Shown: positions 58,274-64,000 of the stretch, piece by piece
Position numbering within the stretch: the first letter of the stretch is position 1
Layout: each line of letters opens with the position of its first letter
Made by a program: the position numbers and the translations under genes
The notes under the pieces: model-generated
Databases searched by the model: none
What the model saw: the letters and a program-made list of their open reading frames with translations, nothing else
What the model was told of the DNA's origin: nothing
From: an uncultured delta proteobacterium
Lineage (GTDB): Bacteria > Desulfobacterota > Binatia > UBA9968
DNA: 64,000 bases
Reading direction: 5' to 3'
Assembly: GCA_963755715.1 (NCBI GenBank)
Contig: CAVWLW010000030.1
Location: 32,001-96,000, forward strand

Positions 58274-58299
58274 GGGCAGACACGTAGGTCTGCCCCTAC
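58274..58299 (-). repeat. GTAG-type REP
   Basis: Minus strand GTAGGGGCAGACCTACGTGTCTGCCC. Confidence 0.75.
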
Positions 58300-58332
58300 A
58301 TCCGATCTATGTTCTAATGCCTGTTGCCTTCT

Positions 58333-59068
58333 TCAACTTCCCGTATTCTTCAGCAGCTCTTTGATCTTGTTGAGCTCTTCGCTTTCCTCGTTGGTCTTCT
58401 CTTCCAGGCCGCCTTGGCGGTCGGTCAACTCGTCAATCCGCTTTTCCAATTTTTCAATATAGTCCGCCAGACCACCGATCGCTTTGGCGACAAGGTCGGG
58501 CAGGTCGGCCGAGTTGAGATCGATGATCGCTTTACCGGCCGCCGTGTGTCGCGCTTCTCCCTTGACGATTCTGCCCGGGATACCGACCACGGTGGAGTGC
58601 GCCGGGACAGAAGTAACGAGCACCGAGCCCGCGCCGACCCGGCTGTGCCGGCCAACGGTCACCGGCCCGAGCACCGCGGCGCCGCTGAAGATCGTCACCG
58701 ACTCCTCGATCGTGGGGTGCCGTTTGATGCGCTCGGTCGAAGTGCCGCCGAGAGTGACGCCCTGATAAATTGTCACGTCGTCGCCGATCTCGGTCGTCTC
58801 GCCGATCACCACGCCCATGCCGTGATCGATAAAAAAGCGCCGACCGATTTTCGCGCCCGGATGAATCTCGATACCGGTCAAGAAATCGTCCCATGTGGCT
58901 CACCACGCGCGCCAGCGTCCAAAGATTTCGCTGCCAAAGCCAGTGCGCCAGCCGGTACAGCAGCATCGCGTGAAAACCAGGATAGGCAAGCGCGATCTCC
59001 CACACCGAGCGCGACGCCGGATCGCGCTGAAAGATAACCTGGATATCTTCTTTAATGTTTTGCCACAT
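58333..59068 (-). CDS. cysE: Serine O-acetyltransferase; frameshift near 58885
   Basis: RDPA...E....YPGFHA..YRLAH, then [31 protein letters not shown] and KRHPT. Confidence 0.95.
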
Positions 59069-59085
59069 GCCGAAAGGCATGGGGC

Positions 59086-59165
59086 AGGCAGTAGGCAGCA
59101 GGCATTAGGTCAAGATATCAAATCCATTACTCCATCGTTCTACTACTGCCTGTTGCCTAGTGCCT
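59086..59165. repeat. Inverted heptamer-repeat element
   Basis: AGGCAGT AGGCAGC AGGCATT ... ACTGCCT GTTGCCT AGTGCCT. Confidence 0.75.
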
Positions 59166-59169
59166 CCTT

Positions 59170-60752
59170 TCAATTCGCCCGATGCCTCGCATCCTTATAG
59201 AGCTTGTAATCAATGCTATCGACCAGCGCTTGCCAACTCGCTTCGATCACGTTGTGCGATACGCCGACCGTGCCCCAACGGCCTTTGCCGTCGCCGGATT
59301 CGATCAACACCCGCACCACTGCGCCGGTGCCTTCGCCCGTCGAGAGCACGCGGACTTTATAATCGAGCAGCTCGACCTGCTTGAGCGACGGATAGAATTT
59401 GGTGAGCGCGCGGCGCAGCGCCTGGTCGAGCGCGTTGACCGGCCCGTTGCCCATCGCCGCGGCGTGCTCCATCACGCCGTCGACTTGCACCATGATCGTC
59501 GCTTCGGAGATCGGCGCCTCGCCCTCTTTGCGTTTTTCGTCGATAACGCGAAAGCCGACCAGGTTGAAATTCTTCTTCTTCTTGCCGAGCGCTTCCTGAA
59601 TCAGCAGCTCGAAAGACGCCTCGGCGGCTTGGAACTCGTAGCCCTGGCCTTCCAGCTCCTTGGTCCGGCGCAAAATATTTTTGACCGCGTCGCCGGCGTC
59701 CTTGAGATCGATGCCGTACTCCTTGCCTTTGTAGACGACGTTGCTCCGGCCCGAGAGATCGGAGACCAACACCCGCTGGCGGTTGCCGACCAGCTCCGGA
59801 TCGATGTGTTCATAGGTTTCGCGGTTCTTGAGCACGCCCGAGACATGCAGCCCGCCCTTGTGCGCGAAGGCGCTGTCGCCGACGTAGGCTTGGCGCTTGT
59901 TCGGTTGAATGTTCGCCAGCTCGTAGAAAAGCTGCGACACCTCGCGGAGCTTTTTGAGTTGCGCCGCGCTCACGCATTTCTTGCCCATCTTCAATTGCAA
60001 GTTGGCGATCACCGAGATCAGATTGACGTTGCCGCAGCGCTCGCCGAAGCCGTTGATCGTGCCCTGAACCTGAGTCGCGCCCATCTCCACGGCGGCCAAC
60101 GTGTTGGCAACCGCCAGTTCGCCGTCGTTGTGGCAGTGAATCCCCAGCGGCGTCTTGATCGCCCGGTTGACTTGCGCGAGCGCGTCGCGAATATCAGCCG
60201 GGCAGCCGACCCGCCGTTGGTCTCGCAGAGGACGATCCAATCGGCGCCGCCTTCCTGCGCCGCTTTGAGACATTCCAGCGCATAGTCGGGATTGGCGCGA
60301 AAGCCGTCGAAAAAATGCTCGGCGTCGAAAATCACTTCATCGACCCGCTTCTTCATGAACGCGATCGAGTCGGCGATGATTTCCAAATTGGCTTTCTGGC
60401 TGATGCGCAGATCGTCGCGCACGTGCAGGTCCCAGGTCTTGCCGACCAAGGTCACCGCCGGCGCATCGGCGCCGAGGAGAGCCTTGAGATTGATATCCTG
60501 CGACGGCTTGGCACCGAATTTTCTCGTCGTCCCGAAGGATGCGACCTTGGCATTCTTGAGCTTGAGCTTTTTCACCTGCTTGAAAAAATCGGCGTCGCGC
60601 GGATTGGAGCCCGGATAACCTCCTTCGATATAGTCGATGCCCATGTCGTCGAGCTTCGCCGCCATGCGCAGCTTATCCTCGAGGGTCAATGAAACATCCT
60701 CCGCCTGACAACCGTCCCTGAGAGTCGTGTCGTAAAGCAAAACGTCCTTCAT
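59170..60752 (-). CDS. cimA: Citramalate synthase (LeuA/CimA family); frameshift near 60200-60215
   Basis: [60 protein letters not shown] and EASWQAL. Confidence 0.92.
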
Positions 60753-61972
60753 ACTTGCCCCTGTTTTCCGATAAACGCGTCGTGCAGCACCCGCACCGCG
60801 AGCTCCGTGTATTTGGCATCGATGACCACCGAGATTTTAATCTCTGAAGTCGATATCATCTCGATGTTGATGCCTTCGGCGGCCAACACCTGGAACATTT
60901 TCGCAGCCACGCCGGCATGCGTGCGCATGCCCACGCCGACCACGGAGATTTTGGCGATGTCGGTGTCGACTTTGATGCCCTTGGCGTGCACCGCAGATAA
61001 AGTTTTTTCCATGATGCCGAGCGCCTTTTTGTGGTCGGCCTTGGGCACGGTGAAAGTCAGATCGGTGGTGCCGTCTTCGCTGGCATTCTGTATTATCATG
61101 TCGACGACGATGTGCGCGTCCGCAATGGGCCCGAAAATCTGCGCCGCCAAGCCCGGCTGATCGGGAACGCGGATCAAGGTGATTTTGGCTTCATTCTTGT
61201 CCGAGGCTACGCCCGAAACCAACACATCGTTCATGCTCTCCTCCTCGTTGACCAGCCAAGTTCCCTCGGCGTCTGAAAACGACGAGCGCACGTGCACCGG
61301 CACAGAGAAATTTTTGGCAAATTCCACCGAGCGAATTTCCAAGACCTTCGCTCCGATGCTCGCCAGCTCGATCATCTCGTCGTAGGAAATCCGCGCCAGC
61401 TTTCTCGCCTGCGGACAAATTCCAGGATCAGCCGTAAATACACCTTCTACATCGGTGTAAATTTCGCATGCCGCGGCGTTGAGAAAAGCCGCCAGCGCCA
61501 CCGCGCTGGTGTCCGAGCCGCCGCGTCCGAGAGTGGTAATATTGTCATCTTCGTCCACGCCCTGAAAGCCGGCGACGACGACGACATCGCCCTCGTTCAA
61601 CGCCTGCACGATCTTGGTCGAATCGATGCTTAAAATGCGCGCCTTGCCGTAAGCGTTGTCGGTCTCGATACGCACCTGATGGCCCAAGTAAGAGCGCGCC
61701 GGCTGACCGAGCTCCTTGAGCGCGAGCGTCAGCAAGGCGACGGAAACCTGTTCGCCGGAGGCGAGCAGCACGTCTTTCTCACGCTCGTCGGGGATCTCGG
61801 CAATCTCATGAGCAAGGGCCAGTAAACGATTGGTCTCGCCGGCCATCGCCGACACCACCACGACGATATCGTGCCGCGCTCGCTTGGCGGCAACGATCTT
61901 CGCCGCCACTTGCTTGATGCGCTCAATCGATCCGACCGAGGTGCCGCCGTATTTCTGCACCAACAATGACAT
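60749..61972 (-). CDS. lysC: Aspartate kinase
   Basis: [33 protein letters not shown] and ACT domains (STSEIKIS). Confidence 0.97.
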   Translation of the reverse strand: MSLLVQKYGGTSVGSIERIKQVAAKIVAAKRARHDIVVVVSAMAGETNRLLALAHEIAEIPDEREKDVLLASGEQVSVALLTLALKELGQPARSYLGHQVRIETDNAYGKARILSIDSTKIVQALNEGDVVVVAGFQGVDEDDNITTLGRGGSDTSAVALAAFLNAAACEIYTDVEGVFTADPGICPQARKLARISYDEMIELASIGAKVLEIRSVEFAKNFSVPVHVRSSFSDAEGTWLVNEEESMNDVLVSGVASDKNEAKITLIRVPDQPGLAAQIFGPIADAHIVVDMIIQNASEDGTTDLTFTVPKADHKKALGIMEKTLSAVHAKGIKVDTDIAKISVVGVGMRTHAGVAAKMFQVLAAEGINIEMISTSEIKISVVIDAKYTELAVRVLHDAFIGKQGQV

Positions 61973-62020
61973 TTCCCTATGGCCTCTTCGACGCAGCATA
62001 ATTAGAATGAATTTTAATTT

Positions 62021-62494
62021 TTACTTTTTAATTTTGTCCACGATCTTTTCATAGCGCTCGCCATGCGCGATAAAACTCAGTTCGCGCTTCGATCCGCCGC
62101 CATGCGCAAGCCGCACTTCGAGATACTCGTCAACTTCCGCCGCCGGCAAATACTCGAACCATTCGATCAGGCTCACGCCGTCGGCGTAGAGATACTCGCG
62201 AAGATTGAGCGCGTCGAGCTCATCCTGCTTACCGACCCGGTAAAGATCGATGTGGTAAACCGGCAGGCGGCCTTGATACTCATTGATCAAGGTGAACGTC
62301 GGACTGCGCACCCAAGCTTCTTTGCCGACTTCAATTCCGGCGCAGAAACCGCGGACAAAGCAAGTTTTGCCCGTGCCGAGCTCGCCGACTAAACCGACAA
62401 TCTCTCCCCCACGCACCCAGCTCGCCAGTTTTCGCCCCAGGCTCATGGTTTTGCGACTGGAGTTGGAAGTGACAGTCCACGAACCCATCGCCAA
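62021..62494 (-). CDS. tsaE: t6A biosynthesis ATPase
   Basis: GELGTGKT, SPTFTL, HIDLYR and IEW. Confidence 0.96.
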   Translation of the reverse strand: MAMGSWTVTSNSSRKTMSLGRKLASWVRGGEIVGLVGELGTGKTCFVRGFCAGIEVGKEAWVRSPTFTLINEYQGRLPVYHIDLYRVGKQDELDALNLREYLYADGVSLIEWFEYLPAAEVDEYLEVRLAHGGGSKRELSFIAHGERYEKIVDKIKK

Positions 62495-62555
62495 CGGGCC
62501 TCCCGATACAACTAGTATATTTTTGTCGAAATATCGAGATTGACTCGGGACCGCC

Positions 62556-62583
62556 GTAGGGGCGCAGCCTGCTGCGCCCCTAC
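62556..62583. repeat. GTAG-type REP palindrome
   Basis: GTAGGGGCGCAGC-CT-GCTGCGCCCCTAC. Confidence 0.8.
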
Positions 62584-62636
62584 CCTAAAATTGTCGCATT
62601 CTGCCGATCCCACCAAACCAGTCGCGCAAGGGAAAT

Positions 62637-64000
62637 CTAAGGCGCCGCGAGGGCGCGCATGCCTTCAGGCAAACCATCGATGATATCGGACGCAATCAGA
62701 CCAACTTCGCCGCGCGCCGCTGCGACCCGATCGCCGACAAAGCCGTGCAGGTACACGCCGAGCTTCATCGCGCTGGCCGCAGTAAAACCCTGGCCGAGAA
62801 GCGCCGATAGAATACCCGCCAACACATCGCCCATGCCGCCGCTCGCCATGCCCGGGTTGCCGGTTGGATTGATAAAGACATTTCCCTCCGCCGTGGCAAT
62901 TACGGTGCGCGCCCCTTTCAAAACCAGGTGGCAACGGTGTTCGACGGCAAACGCGCGCGCGATTTCCACTCGATCGGCGTTGACATCCGCGGTGCTTTTG
63001 CCGATGAGCCGCGCCATTTCGCCCGGATGGGGCGTGAGCACCGGAGCGGTTTTGGCGTGGCGCAGCCGGCCGATCTCCAGCGCCAAGTTATTGAGTCCGT
63101 CGGCATCGATCACCCAAGGCAGGTCCAAATTTCTCAACAACCAGCGCAAGTTATTCTGGGTCGCCGTAGTGACGCCGATCCCCGGCCCGAAGAGCAGCGC
63201 GTCTTTCCGCTCCAGCAAGCGATGCCAATCGTCGTCGCCAAGCGGCTCTAGTTCTTCCGCAGCATTGTCGCCCAACGGCTCGGTCATGACCTCGATCAGC
63301 GAAGCGGCGAAAATATTATTGAGCGAGCGCGGCGCGGCCAAGGTCACCAATCCGGCGCCAGTGCGCATAGCAGCGCGGCAAGCAAGAATCGCCGCGCCGG
63401 TTTTGCCGCGCGAGCCGGCGACGACTAACAAGTGGCCGTAGGTGCCTTTGTGCGTGTCCGGGGCGCGCCGCGGCACCAGCCAGCGGATCGTTTCGCGATC
63501 GAGAAGCTCGGTTTTGGGCGCGACTTCCGCCACCGCGGCTTCCGCAATGCCGATATCGGCGACTACCAGAACACCGACGTAGTTGAGTCCCGGATAGATC
63601 ACTTCACCGAGCTTGGCGAAACCTAACGCCACCGTCATCTCGGCCTGCACCGCGACGCCGAGCGGTGTGCCGTTGTCGGTATGCAACCCCGAGGGAATAT
63701 CGACGGCGACGACCGGCACGCCGGACGTGTTGATCATCGTGATCGCGTCGCCGAACAATCCGCGCACTTCGTTTTTTACTCCCGTGCCAAGTATCGCATC
63801 GACGATCAGCCCCTTCTGGCTCATGCGCTCACCCAGCAACTCAAGTTGATCCGCGGAAATCTCGGTGACTTTTCCCTTGAGCTTGAGATAAGCGCGCAGA
63901 TTGTGCGCCGCGTCGGGCGAAAGCTCGTCTTTGCGCGCCAGCAGCGCGACTTCACAGGGAATGCGTTTTTTTTTAAGCAGGCGCGCGACGACAAAACCGT
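62637..64000 (-). CDS. nnr: Bifunctional NAD(P)H-hydrate epimerase/dehydratase; 5'-partial
   Basis: VDAILGTG, AVDIPSG, HKGTYG, GPGIG, DADGL, TPHPGEM, LKG and GGMGDVLAG; frame open to the window edge. Confidence 0.95.
   Translation of the reverse strand, partial: GFVVARLLKKKRIPCEVALLARKDELSPDAAHNLRAYLKLKGKVTEISADQLELLGERMSQKGLIVDAILGTGVKNEVRGLFGDAITMINTSGVPVVAVDIPSGLHTDNGTPLGVAVQAEMTVALGFAKLGEVIYPGLNYVGVLVVADIGIAEAAVAEVAPKTELLDRETIRWLVPRRAPDTHKGTYGHLLVVAGSRGKTGAAILACRAAMRTGAGLVTLAAPRSLNNIFAASLIEVMTEPLGDNAAEELEPLGDDDWHRLLERKDALLFGPGIGVTTATQNNLRWLLRNLDLPWVIDADGLNNLALEIGRLRHAKTAPVLTPHPGEMARLIGKSTADVNADRVEIARAFAVEHRCHLVLKGARTVIATAEGNVFINPTGNPGMASGGMGDVLAGILSALLGQGFTAASAMKLGVYLHGFVGDRVAAARGEVGLIASDIIDGLPEGMRALAAP

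Noticed and set aside
59182-60285. Long antisense ORFs (59182..60285 +, 48444..49469 -, 49569..50330 -, 58324..59037 +, 62659..63441 +)
   Set aside because: Shadow frames of well-supported GC-rich genes, with no recognisable motifs.

Overview
Bacterial, GC-rich window with a diderm envelope (TamAB, OmpA). The gene mix of UbiD decarboxylases, gentisate-dioxygenase-like cupins and NMT1/THI5-type binding proteins suggests a deltaproteobacteria-like lineage such as Candidatus Binatia; this is inference only. There are four blocks. (1) 1-19.5 kb is a general-stress-type island: LigD, a Zn-ADH remnant, SDR, two hemerythrins, an unannotated 53-aa metallothionein, DUF3618/DUF1469, a scrambled four-fragment mosaic, DegP, an orphan PaaA-like diiron protein, AhpC, an orphan PAS kinase, an APH-AAA protein, SOD, USP, PsiE and DUF883. 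Many of its transcription units carry sigma54 -24/-12 boxes. (2) 19.6-34.2 kb is mostly envelope: OmpA, YdbH plus YnbE/YdbL, mscL, tamAB. (3) 34.4-55 kb is metabolic: proC, a membrane/spermidine-synthase/TPR fusion, a phthaloyl-CoA-decarboxylase-like UbiD, and an unusual operon of two paralogous heme-oxygenase-like diiron enzymes, a ring-cleavage-type bicupin, a second UbiD and two THI5/NMT1-type proteins (one lacking a signal peptide). A non-canonical SdhA-like flavoprotein and a [2Fe-2S] protein face this operon. (4) 55-64 kb is housekeeping: rnc, mtaB, mnmA, cysE, cimA, lysC, tsaE, nnr. Several genes, including housekeeping ones, have 1-2 nt frameshifts that look like long-read indel errors. 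I saw no rRNA, tRNA, CRISPR array, transposase or prophage. All family calls come from motif recognition by eye; no searches were run.
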